From NCBI RefSeq assembly GCF_009914755.1, contig NC_060929.1: a DNA stretch of 64,000 nt. One strand, given 5' to 3'. The translations under genes and the position numbers were made by a program. The notes under the pieces are model-generated. The model was not told where the DNA came from and did no database searches. It saw only the letters and a list, made by a program, of their open reading frames with translations. This document shows positions 1-12,624 of the stretch, piece after piece. Position 1 is the stretch's first letter. Every line of letters starts with the position of its first letter. Origin of the DNA: the human T2T-CHM13v2.0 reference genome, Homo sapiens.

Positions 1-1105
1 CTATTAGAGCTAATAGACAAGTTTGAAGGATACAATAGCAGTATAAAAATCAATTATATTTCTGTACACTAGAAATGAACAATCAATAATGAAACTAAGA
101 AAACAACTCCATTTGTAATAACTAAAAAATAAAATACTTAGGAATAAATTTAACAAAGGAAATACAAGATTTGTTTACTGAATGACTAAATATCATTGAA
201 AGAAATTAAAGAAAACCTAAATAAATGCAATGATGACCCATGCTCATGAATTGGAAGACTTAATATTATTCAGATAGCAATACTCCCCCATGTTGACCCA
301 AAGATTCAATGAAATACCTGTGAAATTCTAACTATTTTTTTCCAGAAATGAACAAGATAATTCTAATGTTCATGTAGAAATGCAAGAGCCAAAAATCTCC
401 TGAAAAAGAATGAAATTTTTTCTTACTTCAAAACATGATACAAAGCTCAAGTATTACAAACAGTATGGAACTGATACAGGATAAGCATATAAATCAACCT
501 AATAGAACTGTGATTCTAGACATAAGCCATAAGCCAATATATCTATGGTCAATTGATGTTTACCCAGAGTGCCAAGACCATTCAACAAGTAAAGAATAGT
601 CTTTTCAACAAATGTTGCTGGGACAAGTCTCATTTCTACATGTAAAAGAGTGAAGTTGGACTCTTACTTCACCCCATATAAAAATTAACTCAAATGGATC
701 AAAGACCTAAATGTAAGAGCTACAGTTATACATCTCTTAGAAGAGATGTGTAAATCCTTGTGACCTTGGACTAGGCAATGTTTTCTTACCTATAACACCA
801 AAGCATACACAGCAACAACAAAAATGGGTGAATGGACCTCATCAAAATGAAAAACTTGTGTGTGCCAAAGAACACTATCCACAAGGTGAAAAGGCAACCC
901 ACATAATGGGACAAAAATATTTGCACATATGTATCTGATAAGAGTCTAACATCCAGCATATACAAAGAACTCTTACTATTCAACAGTAATAAAAATGTTC
1001 TGGAATTAGAGAGTGGTAATGGTTGCACAAACTTGTAAATGTACTAAAACCCACTGAACTGTTTTCAAATGGTGAGTTTTATGATATGTGGATATCAATT
1101 AAAAT
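1..1105 (+). mobile_element. Old L1 (L1M/L1MB-like): degenerate ORF2 3' part joined to 3' terminus
   Basis: L1 ORF2-like text (gaagacttaatatt, gccaagaccattcaa, aaaattaactcaaatggatcaaagacctaaatgtaagagc) followed by L1MB-type end (aaatgttctggaattagagagtggtaatggttgcaca). Confidence 0.9.
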
Positions 1106-2689
1106 ATTTTTAACAGAATTCCCTTCACATATTTAGTCAACTGATTCTGTATGTACGTGCTTATTTATTTGAGAAGTGTTGATCAAGTTCCATCCGTATG
1201 TCTGACACTATTCCTCTGTGGAGGATGAAAAACCAATGGTTCCCACCTTCAGGATGGGGAGGGCTGTGAGCCACAGGGAGGGTGGAAATTAGTAAGACGA
1301 AGGCAGGAATTGGAGATAGTATTAGAAAAGCAAAGCCTAGGGCAGTCATGTTGGTGAGGGGAGAGCCCTGGCCTTGAAGTTGAACTGCACGTATGGGCTG
1401 AGTGATAGTCGTTAAGTCATTTAATATCTCAAGGTATTTATTCTGTTTTCCATTCATGTCACTAATGGGACTATGCATCTCTGCCTGGCTGATATTTAAC
1501 ATAAGAAGACAGTCAGGGACCATTTAGCTCAGTGCCCACTACGTGTGCAATGTCGAGCACCTATTCATGGAATCTGATTTCCCCCTGAGCTCAGGAAGCT
1601 CAGGGGGAAAGCTGGCTCCTTCAGAGCCAAGTTCAAGGATTTTCAGAATGCCCTTTTCTGGCTGTGTTTCTGACCAAAATTCATATTCCAGAAAGGGTGA
1701 GAACCTAGATGGATTTTCATAGGTGGGGGGTCATTTGGAGTCAGCAGGAATGCACATCTTGGCTAACAATACTACTAAGACCCAAGGCTATATTCTGTAG
1801 GGGATACTGGATACTCCGAAGGAAGACATGGGGTCCATTTGCAAAAGGAGACATGGCTGGTGGGTAGACAGAAACTATAATGTCCCTTATAACTATCTAA
1901 CCCCACACTCCTTGCAAGCCTTAACCACCCTGGCCTCACAGAACCTCCTCCTCAGAGTCCTTTCTTTCCATCCTTAGTACAATATGGTTCTGAAATCCAC
2001 AAACCAGCATCGTCCCCAGCATCCCTCATTGATGAAGTGGGATAGCAGATGTGAAAGCCTTTTGCAAATTGCAAAGTAGTTTATAAATATGAGTCTCTAT
2101 TGTCACTCATGGTGGGAGTTTTCTGCCTGCCATGAACAGGGTTGAGCTGTGGAGAAAGGCCTAGGGACCCAGAGAAGCTTCCTTTGGAAGACTTACCAGA
2201 TCTGGATGGGAAAGAAACAGTTTCTTTGGGTTGTTGGCTTGTAAATAGCTGATTAGATAAACAACTTTCTAAACAGCCTTTCAGATCTGGAATTAACACT
2301 GTGCTCCTCCTCACACTCCATGAAAATAAAACAGGGAGGGCCGGGGCACCTCACTGACCAGAGGGAAGTGTAGGGAGAATTCTGTTTACTGCTCCTCCCC
2401 TTCTCTATTAGCACGCCCCCACCCCAGGGCTGGAGCCTCACTGGACCAAGGCAGTCTTAATGATGGCTCAGAGATGGCAGGAACCAGGGCAAAGCTTCCT
2501 CCCAGTAACAGTATTTGTTCCAGATGTGGGCAAGTGACCCAAATTGATTCAATCAGAGTAAAGCCTACTTATTTTTGTTTAATATTGAGTGAAGGAAACT
2601 CCCTCTTTCCTTGTGGGCAGTTGGGGGGTGCATGTGTCGTCTAAAAATTTGCATTCCATTGCTATCCTCTGAGTCTTTCTTGTTTACTA

Positions 2690-2860
2690 TGGTGAGATAC
2701 CACGAGTGATTTACACTTGTTATCTCATTTGATCCTCTGCCTATCTTGTGAAATGTGCACTTGTATCCTCACTTTGCAGAGGTTCCCAGAAGTTAAACGC
2801 CATGCCCAGTAGGCGTCTGTCAGATTTGGGATCGAAATTCAGATCTTACTGACTGTGCTT
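2690..2860 (-). mobile_element. MIR fragment
   Basis: ttatctcatttgatcct...ctcactttgcagag, resembles the MIR core in reverse. Confidence 0.55.
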
Positions 2861-4062
2861 TTAACGTTGTTCCTTTCATCAAAACAGCCTTGCCCTACCT
2901 TGCAGCTTGAGAGCCACCTATTCCTTGTAATGGAACAAAAATTATGAACACACCAATGTTCTCAGTGTTCCCCCTCTTCCTCCTGCTGCTAAAGAGGGTG
3001 GAGTATTCTCCCTGCTTCCACCTTTGCCTGGTGGCTTGTTTAACTTCTATTATACATGACGGGAACAGGGAAAGGAAAACATATGTGGATGGGGAGGAAA
3101 GGAGGCAAGGGAGAGAGGGAGGAACAGCGGAAAAGGCAGAAGGAGGTTCGTTTTAAAGAATGTGGGACTAGAAAGGAGAGCTTCAGAAGACTGAAAAGGA
3201 GGGCTTCACTGCACTGGAGAGACAAAGGAAAGAATTTGGGTTCTATTGAAAATAATTTTTGGTGGCTGGACTTTGTCTCGTGGAGTGACACCTGCTCTGA
3301 GGCCATACACTGGGGTCACGGTGTCATAAACATTTCATCAGCAAAACACAGAATGTGGGGTCCGATAATCATGTTCCTTCACAGCTGAACAGAATGTGAC
3401 ATTTTGCTAAAAACCTTAACATATATGCTTTGTTTTATTTCTCGCCTGAATCTGTCAGGTAAATAATGTTATCTTCATTTTGTTCATTAATCCTACATTA
3501 TGAAAGAAATTCCGTAGAAAACTAGGCAGCCCCAGAGAGTAAGAAAATGTTCTCCTGAAGATAGAAGAAAACAAAAACAGAAAACAAAGCAGAAACGTGG
3601 TAGCTTTTTCTGCAATGTCCAAGGGGGAGTATTTCCTGCAGAATAAGGGTTACTAATAACGTCTTTTATTTATTGAGCTCTTCTGGAAGTGGTGCAGTAT
3701 CATTTCATTCAACAGACCTTAAAACTTCCCAAAGGAGATATTGTTCCTTTTTCCACTACACAGATGAGAAACTTGAGACTCCACTGTGGGAAGTGCATTC
3801 ATTTCCTGTATCTGCCATAACAAAGTGCCACAACCTGGGTGGCTGTAACAACAAAAATGTATTGATTTATTGTTCAGGAGGTTAGCAATTCAAAATCAAG
3901 CTGCTAACAGGGTTGATTCCTTCTGGGAGCTGCGAGCAAGGGTGTGTTCCAAGCCTCCCTCCTAGCTTCTGGTAGCTGCAGGCATTCCTTGGCTTGTAGA
4001 TGACCATCTTCTCCCTGTGTCTTCACGTCATCTTTTAGCTGTGTGTGTCTTTGTCCAAATTC

Positions 4063-4201
4063 ATCCCTCCCTCCCTCCCTCCCTCCTTCTCTTTCTCTCT
4101 CTCTCTTTCTTTCTCTCTCTTTCCCTTTCTTTCTTTTTTTTCTTTCTTTCTTTTTCTTTCTTTCTCTCTCTCTCCTTTCTTTCTTTTTCTCCTTCCTTCC
4201 T

Positions 4202-4241
<40 letters not shown>

Positions 4242-4245
4242 TCTT
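4063..4245. repeat. CT-rich compound microsatellite (expanded Alu tail)
   Basis: (CCCT)n/(CT)n/(CTTT)n tract directly abutting the Alu 3' end. Confidence 0.95.
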
Positions 4246-4530
4246 TGAGGCAGGGCCTTGCTCTGTCACCTAGGCTGGCATGCAGTGGTGCAGTCATAGC
4301 TCACTGCAGTCTCAAAATCCCAGGGCTCAAGCAATCCTCCCACTTCAGCCTCCTGAGTAGCTGAAACCACAGGCATGTGCCACCATGCCCGGCTATTTTT
4401 TTTTATTCTTGGTATACACAGAGTCTCCCTGTGTTGCCCAGGCTGGTCTCATACTCCTGGACTCAAGCAGTCCTCCTGCCTTGGCCTCCCAGAGTGCTAG
4501 GATTATAGGCCTGAGCCACTGTACCTGGCT
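4243..4530 (-). mobile_element. AluJ
   Basis: Dimeric Alu with J-type text (gcagtcatagctcactgcag, gggctcaagcaatcctccc). Confidence 0.92.
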
Positions 4531-4719
4531 CAAATTACTTTTTATAAGGACACCAGTTACCTTGGACTAAGGTCTACCTTAATGACCTCATCTTGATCAT
4601 CTGTAATACTCTATTTCCAGAGTACTCATATTTACAGGTACTCACAGTCAGGACTTTAGTATCTTTTGTGGGGACAACTCAATCCATAACAGTATGCAAC
4701 TAGCTCAAGGCAGCAAGAC

Positions 4720-4930
4720 AATGTCATAGCGGAAATAAGGAGAACTGGGTTCCCATTGTGACTCCCATATTAGCTGTGTGCCTTTTTGTAGGTGACTTCA
4801 TCTGTCTGTTTCTCAGTCTTCATATCTATTAAATGACCATTATAATACCTACTCACAGAGTAGTTGCCAGAATCAAGTAAGATGAAAAGAGTATAAAGTG
4901 CAGTGGTGCCCAAAGTCGGTGCCCAATACT
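4720..4930 (+). mobile_element. MIR
   Basis: ctgggttcc...tagctgtgtg...tctcagtcttcatatctattaaatg core. Confidence 0.75.
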
Positions 4931-4974
4931 TCCCTCTCTAAGCTCTATTCTTCCTCTTAGAAATCTCTGGGCTA

Positions 4975-5285
<311 letters not shown>

Positions 5286-5874
5286 ATCTCTGGGCTGTGG
5301 CCTGCCTCAGCCTCCCTTCTTCCAGAGGGAGGCAAGGAAGATCAGCTAGCTGGTTCTGGAAGAAACCGCGCACTTCATATCGGCTCAGACTCAGCTGCTG
5401 GTTTTCCTACAATGCTGCTTCTTTACAAAGCTGCTTAATTTTCCAAGGGGCTGAAATTGCAAAGCTAGTTTCCATATTGACTTACGAAATGAAAGGAGAA
5501 CTTGGGAGAAAAGGTGAAGGAGGTAACTTAATAATAACCGTCAGGTGCATGAGAGGTAATTTTATGCAGGCAGGAGGCCAAAATTTTTTCCATTTATATT
5601 GGGAATAGGATAAAAGGAAACAGGCACACACTTCTGCAGGAGGAATTTAAATAAGACAGGCTCTGCTTATAGGGCTGATAGCAGGGCTGGCCTTGGGCAA
5701 CCCTAGGAATGAAATGAAGTTGGTTATTCATGTCATTTCACCTCTCCCTTCTGCTATTGCCAGGGATGCACAACTTCAGGCATTTCTACTAGCACTGCCA
5801 ACTTTGAGTAGAGTGAAATGGACAATCTGTTCTCATCAGCATTCATTCACACATATATACAGGGCACCCACAGG

Positions 5875-6270
5875 ATGAGGGTAGGCTAGCTGCTATAACA
5901 AACAGTTCCTAAAGCTCAGTGGTCTAACCAAATAGATTGACTTCTTTTTCAACAAGCACTCAACACAAGTGTTCCTGATGACAATGTTCTCCTCCAAGTA
6001 GCAAGCTTGGGGACCGGGTGTCCTTCTATCTCCTGGCTGCGTTCCCCTCTAGGCCTCAGAGATTGCTCCAATCAGCCAGAAGATGAGAAGTCATGAGGAT
6101 TGTGCTTGGGAGGGTTTAGTGGGCCTGGTCTGGAAGTGGGGACATCCCTTCTGAACACATCCCATTGACCAGGACTCAGTCCCGTGGCCCCATTTATCTG
6201 CAAAGGAGGCTGGGCGGTGTGGTCTGCATGGGAAAAGAAGGGAAAGGGAAAGCACTAGCCAGTGTCTGTG
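5875..6270 (-). mobile_element. Old MLT1 (J/K-like) LTR
   Basis: taggctagctgctataacaaac...ctcagtggtctaac...catcccattgaccaggactcagtc. Confidence 0.7.
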
Positions 6271-6473
6271 GCAAAAGTGTTGGGGAAATAGTGTTCTCTC
6301 CTTTGTATTTCCTGCAGCACTTTGTCCATTTATGTAACAAATGTTTGTTTACATATAGGCTGAGCCAAGTTACACGTTAGGTCCCACGGCTAACTCAATA
6401 TGGTCCATAGCAGATGAGCCCTGCCAGCAACTTGTCACATTACATTGTATTTGCTTTTTCACACATTTGTGGG

Positions 6474-6914
6474 TCTGAGACTGGATTCCCCCAGATACAG
6501 TCCCATAGATAAGGGTTTGAGTGCAAGACCATCGGTGTCACACCCACGTCCCACTCTCCAATTTTCCTCTCAGTGCACACCTTCCAGCTACCTGAGGACT
6601 TTCTATTGCTATTGGAGGTCAGGACGCCAGTGCCCTCCAGGATTAGGCCTCAGCCAAGGCCTCCACTCCCCTACCCTTGGGCTGGGTAATTCTGAGCTGT
6701 GACTCTATGGCCCCTGGAGTTTCCCCGGGTTAATAAAGCTCCAGTTAGCCACAGCACTAGCTGACTTGATAATGCCGTTTTTAATTGGCTGCCTACCTTT
6801 CCTATCTCACCCCCTCACACCCCTACCAGTATTTCTCTTCACTTCCCAAATAAATGGCTTGCACCCAAACCCTTGGTTACTCAGGGACTGCATCTGGGGG
6901 AATCCAGTCTAAGA
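6474..6914 (+). mobile_element. ERVL LTR16-like element with an inverted copy of its own 3' end at the left
   Basis: cttcccaaataaa..cttgcacccaaaccctt..ctgggggaatccagtctaaga resembles the LTR16 end; its reverse complement lies at 6474-6527. Confidence 0.7.
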
Positions 6915-7249
6915 TGCTGTCTTTGCCCTGAAGGTGTTTGCTTCTTTAGGGAGGAGCTCTTTCTTATTTATCCTTGTTTTCCTAGAGCCCAGAGCAGAGG
7001 CTCACTTGTTCATCCGACAGGCACACAGTGTGTACCTGGCCTGGACCCGGCCTGGTACTTGGTGCTGGGCACACAAAGAGTCATTGAATGAAAGAAACTG
7101 GGCTGTTTCTGCAGGTGACAAGGTTAGATTTTGGCATGTTGAACTTGAGGCTGTAAAAACTTGTACTTGAGAACTAGTATCTCCAGATTAAGTTCTCAGC
7201 TAAGCTTTCTATCAGGCATCCTACTGCCCACTTAAAAAAAAAATCCCCT

Positions 7250-7625
7250 CCTGCCTTTCTTGCAAAGATCTCAAACCCCAATTCTAAATCTTGTTCTCTC
7301 GCCTTCTTCAGTCTTAATTCAGATGCCACCATCAGTTCACCTTCTCTGCAAGACCTTCACTGATGATCATTTTTATGGTTGCCACTCTTGCCTCAGCCCT
7401 CCCTATCCTCCTTCCCTGCTAAGCATGTTTTACCATCTAACAAATTATGCATTTAATTTAAACCTATTATTTCGTCTGCCTCTTACTGTTAGAATTCAAT
7501 TTCATGAAGGCAGGGGTTTCCATCTGCTTCCTTCACCACTGCATCCCCAACATCTAAAATGATGGCAGCCACAAAAAGACTCCTCAAAATATCACTTGTT
7601 AAATAACTGAATAAATTTGTTAAAT
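7250..7625 (+). mobile_element. L2 3' fragment
   Basis: ttcatgaaggcagggg...ttcaccactgcatcccca...ttgttaaataactgaat. Confidence 0.75.
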
Positions 7626-7707
7626 AAGGTGATGTGAACATATTCAGTGACAGAAACTAAGAGGCCAGAGCATAAAACAGAAGTTCCAGGTAAGCAGGAC
7701 AGTGCCA

Positions 7708-8388
7708 TGTTCCGGCTGAATTGTATTCCCTCAAAATCCATATACTGAAGCCCCAACCCTCAGTATCTGAGAACATAACCTATTTGGAGATAAGTCCCCC
7801 CTGACCCAGGCTTCATTAAGGAGTAGCTGACAAATAAAAGTAGTATATGTTTACTGCATGTACTGTGATATTTTGATATATGTATATAGCATGAAATGAT
7901 TAGGTCAATCTAATTAACATATTCATCACTTCACATCGTTATTATTTTGTGCAGTGAGAACATTTAATATCTACTGTCTTAGCCCTTCTCAAGTGTACAA
8001 TGTATTATTATTAACCATGATTATTATAGCCACTATGGGGGACAATAAAGCTCCAGAACTCAGACTCCTTGTCCACCACTTCTCCATTTCCTCCACCGCC
8101 TAGGTCTTTAAAGAAGTAATTAGCATAGATTGGGGCCCCAAGCTAATAGGACTCGTGTCCTGATAAGAAGAGACACCAGGGCCATGGGTGCATAGAGAAA
8201 AGGCCATGTGAAGACAGAGGCGGAGGACAGCCACCTGCAAGCCAAGGAAGAGACCTTCAAAAAAACCAAACGTACTGATACTTTGTGCTTGAACTTCCAA
8301 CCTCCAGGACTGTGAGAAAATAAATTTCTGCTCTTTCAGTCACTTAATTTGTCATATTTTGTTATAGCAGCCCTAGCAAACTATATAT
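7708..8388 (+). mobile_element. MLT1A-like LTR interrupted by an L1
   Basis: gctgaattgtattccctcaaaatcc...tttggagataag, resuming at 8101 taggtctttaaag...ttgttatagcagccctagcaaacta. Confidence 0.85.
7810..8100 (-). mobile_element. L1MA 3' end nested in the MLT1A
   Basis: ctaattaacatattcatcacttcacat...gtgagaacatttaatatctact. Confidence 0.85.
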
Positions 8389-9419
8389 GCCATAAATCAT
8401 ATAGGTTATATTTCATATGGCAATAAAAACTGGAATAGGGCAGTGATATGGATCCCTGCAAAGGAGAGCAGAGAGCAGTAAGAACAGCAAATCGATCTCA
8501 GGAAGCCCCTGGGTGAGGCACATGGTGGAAGAGAGAGAAGCAAGAGCAGGAGATGGCCAAGAAAAGGGGGATCAGAGAGAAAGGAGAGGGCCCAGATTCG
8601 TGCAGAATCCTGCAAGTTGAGGGGAACTATTCCCATGCCGATGACCTTCATCAGTTCTTATTTTTCCATTTCCCTGCTACTAATGAATAACCTTTGCTCA
8701 TGCCACTCCCTTTACATTAAATACTCCATCAAGACTTCTTAGCTTTGCTATTTTTCATGAAAGACTCTCTAGAGATGTTTATTCGATACACAATTTGTTA
8801 AAAAAATTAAACTCCATAAAGATGGCCTGCCATCTGGGAACATAATAAAACTAGTCTTTAATCTGAAATTCATTCTTTTCTACAGCAGAGAGAAGCATCC
8901 AGTGTGTGTGTATTGCCTGCCTGCTTGTGAATTTCCACTGAGCCATTATGCAATCTTTTTAATTTTTTTCTTTTCTAAAAATGAGTCCTTATTTCTGAAA
9001 AAAGCTACAATAGTCATCTTTGGCAATTACCAACATTTCCCCGCATTAAGACATTCGTTTCCACATCTGGCAAGGAGAAAACAGCAGGAAGTCACATGTG
9101 CCCTGGATCGTCATTGTAACCAATGTCATTACTCTATTTTCTGGAAGGGTTTCCAGTGGTCTGATGGCGGGGACACAGCAGTGTTTGTCTTGGGGGTATG
9201 TGATCTATATGGGTAACCTTGGGTATCAGGCTCACTAGATGGGATGCTGAGGCATGAAGCTCCATAAACCGTGACTGCTACGCAAAGGCATTGTTCTTTG
9301 ACTTCAGAATATATTGCATAACATTTCACATTTTTCATATTATTTTAGAATTTTAGAGCTGGGAAAAATTCTGAAAATCCTTCATCAGCCCCTTCATGTG
9401 GATTAATTGATTTATTTTT

Positions 9420-9670
9420 AGAGCTAGTGTAGCAAGATGGTTAAAAATGTTCATGGTAGGTTGAGACACACTTGGGTGTTAATTCTTCCTCAGCCACTGA
9501 CTAGTTGTATAGCCTGGGACAAGCCATCCAAGCTCTGAGTTTTCTGATCTACAAAGTGGGAATAATGAAAGGATCTGTGCCAGGGATATTGTACAGAGTA
9601 AGTGTGATAATGCAAGTAAGAGAGAGCCCAGGACACTGTGTATGTCTAGAAAAGCTTAACCATTACTGTT
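9420..9670 (+). mobile_element. MIR, near full length
   Basis: agtgtagcaagatggttaa...gccactgactagttgt...tctacaaagtgggaataat. Confidence 0.8.
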
Positions 9671-10315
9671 GTTGTTAGAAGCAATCTATGTTTCTGGGGC
9701 AGTCAGCTCTTGCTATTAAATGTAGTAAGAGTCATTGTGTGCTAGTGATAAGGTCACTTAAGTGAGCACTTCTGTTTCTGGCAACCATAAAAGAGGACGT
9801 CAACCTACTGACCTGGAAATGAGAAGAAAGTCTTTTAAATTAGGATTATTTGCATGGCCAATCACTTAAATCCAGGTTCTTCCTCCCAACCACGCTGAGT
9901 TTATACCAGAGAGGTAGAGACTATGGGCTTTCTCTATGTAAACAAATGCTCTAAGATAGATCATGAGGACAAGAGGCACATATGTCAATCATTCCCTGGG
10001 ATTCGTCTCCAGGCATGATTTTATGTTAGTTCTAGGGAATACAAACCCTTGATTCATACACAACAGTTGGCAGAGATGTATTTATGACCCATCTAGAACC
10101 AGTGTTTAATTTATTATCAGGAGTCCAGGAAAACTACAATATTTTATGAAATCTTTCCTCTGTGTATGTAGCAGGAGGTTCGGCGGGGAGGAGGAAGGCC
10201 TATTTGGCTGACAGCTTTGCTCCCCATTGTAATAAAAGTCTCCTTGTACTTTAAAGCTATGGGCTTCCATTTAAAACTTAATGAGTTCAGGTTTGGTTTT
10301 GATATTGAGGTCCCA

Positions 10316-10783
10316 TGTAGGGTTCCCTGGTTCCCTCCACTTCCTGTGTCCTAATGGAGAGACACAGAGTGCCTTGACCACTTTGTGAGCTGGCCAGCTG
10401 CCTGTTCATATCCCATCTCAGGTCTTGAACATTCCCAGGCACTGTTAAAGATGTCTAGATTGTTGCCCAAAACACTGAAAGAAACTGGCGCTGGCCTGAT
10501 CCAAATGCCTCAAACCTTCATCTAAGCTCCATACCTCAACTCCTAACTGCAGACACACCTAGATAGAACATCTGTCTCTTGCTGTCCATCATGAGGACCC
10601 AGCAGCCCACTCTGTAAATTCCCCTAATAAATGCTTTGGGCGAATCACCCTGGCATTTAGTGCTCTTTTCTTTGGAATCCCAACCAGAGCTATCTTGAGA
10701 TGGTTTGGGGCACTTCCTTGTGGGAATTCCCCTGCCACTGCTTTTGGGAGAATTTCAGCCATAGGTTTGGTAAAGATGAAATA
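10316..10783 (+). mobile_element. Solo ERV LTR (LTR47-like)
   Basis: TG start (tgtagggttccc), internal aataaa at 10626, text resembling recalled LTR47 consensus. Confidence 0.6.
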
Positions 10784-10999
10784 TCCTGTCGACCGAGAAC
10801 AGTGTAAAACAGTGGTTTCCAAATACCAATCTATACACATTTTTTGAGCTTGTATCTTCAATAAGTATTCCTATTTATTATTCATAAATTATATTCCTGT
10901 ACTTCTTCACTAATATACTAAAAACCATATACAAGATATACAAATTTTAAAGCATACTTGTAAAAATAAGTAGAAATAAAATTACATGTTAAAACTTTC

Positions 11000-11232
11000 T
11001 TTTTATATATATATATTTATTATACTTTAAGTTTTAGGGTACATGTGCACAATGTGCAGGTTTGTTACCTATGTATACATGTGCCATGTTGGTGTGCTGC
11101 ACCCATTAACTCGTCATTTACATTAGGTGAATCTCCTAACGCTATCCCTGCCCCCCTCCCCCCACCCCACAACAGGCCCCAGTGTGTGATATTCCTCTTC
11201 CTGAGTCCAAGTGTTCTCATTGTTCAATTTCT
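11000..11232 (-). mobile_element. L1PA 3' end (about PA4-PA5), 5'-truncated
   Basis: ttattatactttaagttttagggtacatgtgcacaatgtgcaggtttgttac. Confidence 0.95.
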
Positions 11233-11349
11233 TCCTATACGTGATTTTTCTCTTACACAGCCAAGTGTATGTATATCCCCAACCATGTAAGAGGAGACAG
11301 GATTGGATACAAATAATTGCATACACAATGGCTAGTGCTAAATAAGGGC

Positions 11350-11900
11350 GGCTAATACTTCTTCCCTGGAAGATGGGCAGGAATAATAAACAAAAGGTAA
11401 CCATTGAGTTGGATCTTGAAAGATGAGCACTTTTCCAGATAGACAATTAGAGGTAGAGAAATTCTAGATAGAAAAGCAGGAGGAAATAAAAGTGTGCAGG
11501 GGCACAGAAACATGCCCAAGTGAAGACAGCTGAAAGATGAGAGGCTCAGTTAGGTCTGGATCACAGGTCACGTGAGACAGAGCTCATGGAGAGGAAATGT
11601 GGTGCTGTTCTAAGAAAAGCCTGCATGTCAAGTCAAGAAGGGGGAACCCTATCTTATGGGAGAGATAGGATCAAAAGCCACTCTGGGGGTAATGTGGAAG
11701 TGGGTTGGAGGAGGAGATACTGAAAGGATATTAGTTGGGATGCTTTTGATAGTCTGGGGAAGAGATGATAGGAATAGAAACTAAAGTACCATTTAGTACC
11801 AGTAATGGAGGAGAGAGGATGGTTTTAAAAGCATAAAATGGAGGAATTAAGAAGATTCTGTGATTCTATGAATCTGGGACAGACCTTAGAATGATAGGTA
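11350..11900 (-). mobile_element. L2 fragment
   Basis: ttgagttggatcttgaaagatgag...gatcaaaagccactctgg. Confidence 0.6.
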
Positions 11901-12024
11901 AGTGTAGGATATGTCACAAAGCCGTATTCAAGCCCCACTAAGAGATGTTTGGTGCTGTAGAGAATTTTCTTGGATGACATGTCAATCACCAGCCTAAAAA
12001 TTTGCATTGACTTCTCATGTATGG

Positions 12025-12622
12025 CATAATATATTATATTAATGGCCCCAATTCTTCATCTCTCTCTCTCTCTGTACTCTTACCCTTTGCCAAGTGACTT
12101 CTCGGGTCTTCTTACTAAAGTGACAGTCTATTTTCCTGCCTCTTGATGCTAAGCTTGACCATGTGACTTGCTTTGGCCAATAAAATGAGATGGAAGTGAC
12201 AGCAGCCTGGCATGCTTCTGCCTGGCATTCCTGCCTCTGCTGTCTTCATAAAGTGGACTTGCTTGGGTACATTGGTCCTAAGATGATTAGACCAGCCAGC
12301 CAGAGCTTCCCCAGCCAACATGCTGCAGCCAAACCCAGCCTAGAGCAGAGCTCCAGCTGACCTGCAGGCACATGAGAGAGCACAGCCAAGATGAACCAAG
12401 CACAGCCAAAATCAACTGAGCACAGATAAACTCAACCGAGCACAGCCAAGATCAAGTGAGCACAGATAAACTCAACTGAGCACAGCCAAGACCAAGGGAG
12501 CACAACTTAGTTCAGTCATTCCTAGCTGATCCATAAACATGTGATTTATAACTGATTGCTGCTTTAACCCATTGAGATGGTGGGGGGAGGAGGATTTGTT
12601 ATACAGCGATAGCTAACCGATA
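12025..12622 (+). mobile_element. Old MLT1 (G/H-like) LTR
   Basis: catgtgacttgctttggccaataaaatgag...ttgttatacagcgatagctaaccgata. Confidence 0.8.
12378..12505 (+). repeat. 20-bp minisatellite, about 6.4 copies
   Basis: agcaca core recurs with an exact 20-bp period in units starting at 12378, 12398, 12418, 12438, 12458, 12478 and 12498. Confidence 0.95.
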
Positions 12623-12624
12623 TT

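Larger units (their letters stand above)
3795..4691 (-). mobile_element. MLT1 (MaLR LTR, MLT1B/C-like) split by an Alu
   Basis: ctgccataacaaagtgccacaacctgggtggc...ccaaatt, resuming at 4531 with caaatt...tataaggacaccagt...caatccataaca; caaatt is present on both sides of the Alu. Confidence 0.85.

Noticed and set aside
3904-4364. Arg/Glu/Lys-rich and Leu/Ser/Phe-rich ORFs
   Set aside because: Products of the CT microsatellite and the AluJ.
12378-12505. CRISPR-like alternation of constant and variable sequence
   Set aside because: The 20-bp units are related to each other, there are no unique spacers or cas genes, and the context is a mammalian LTR.
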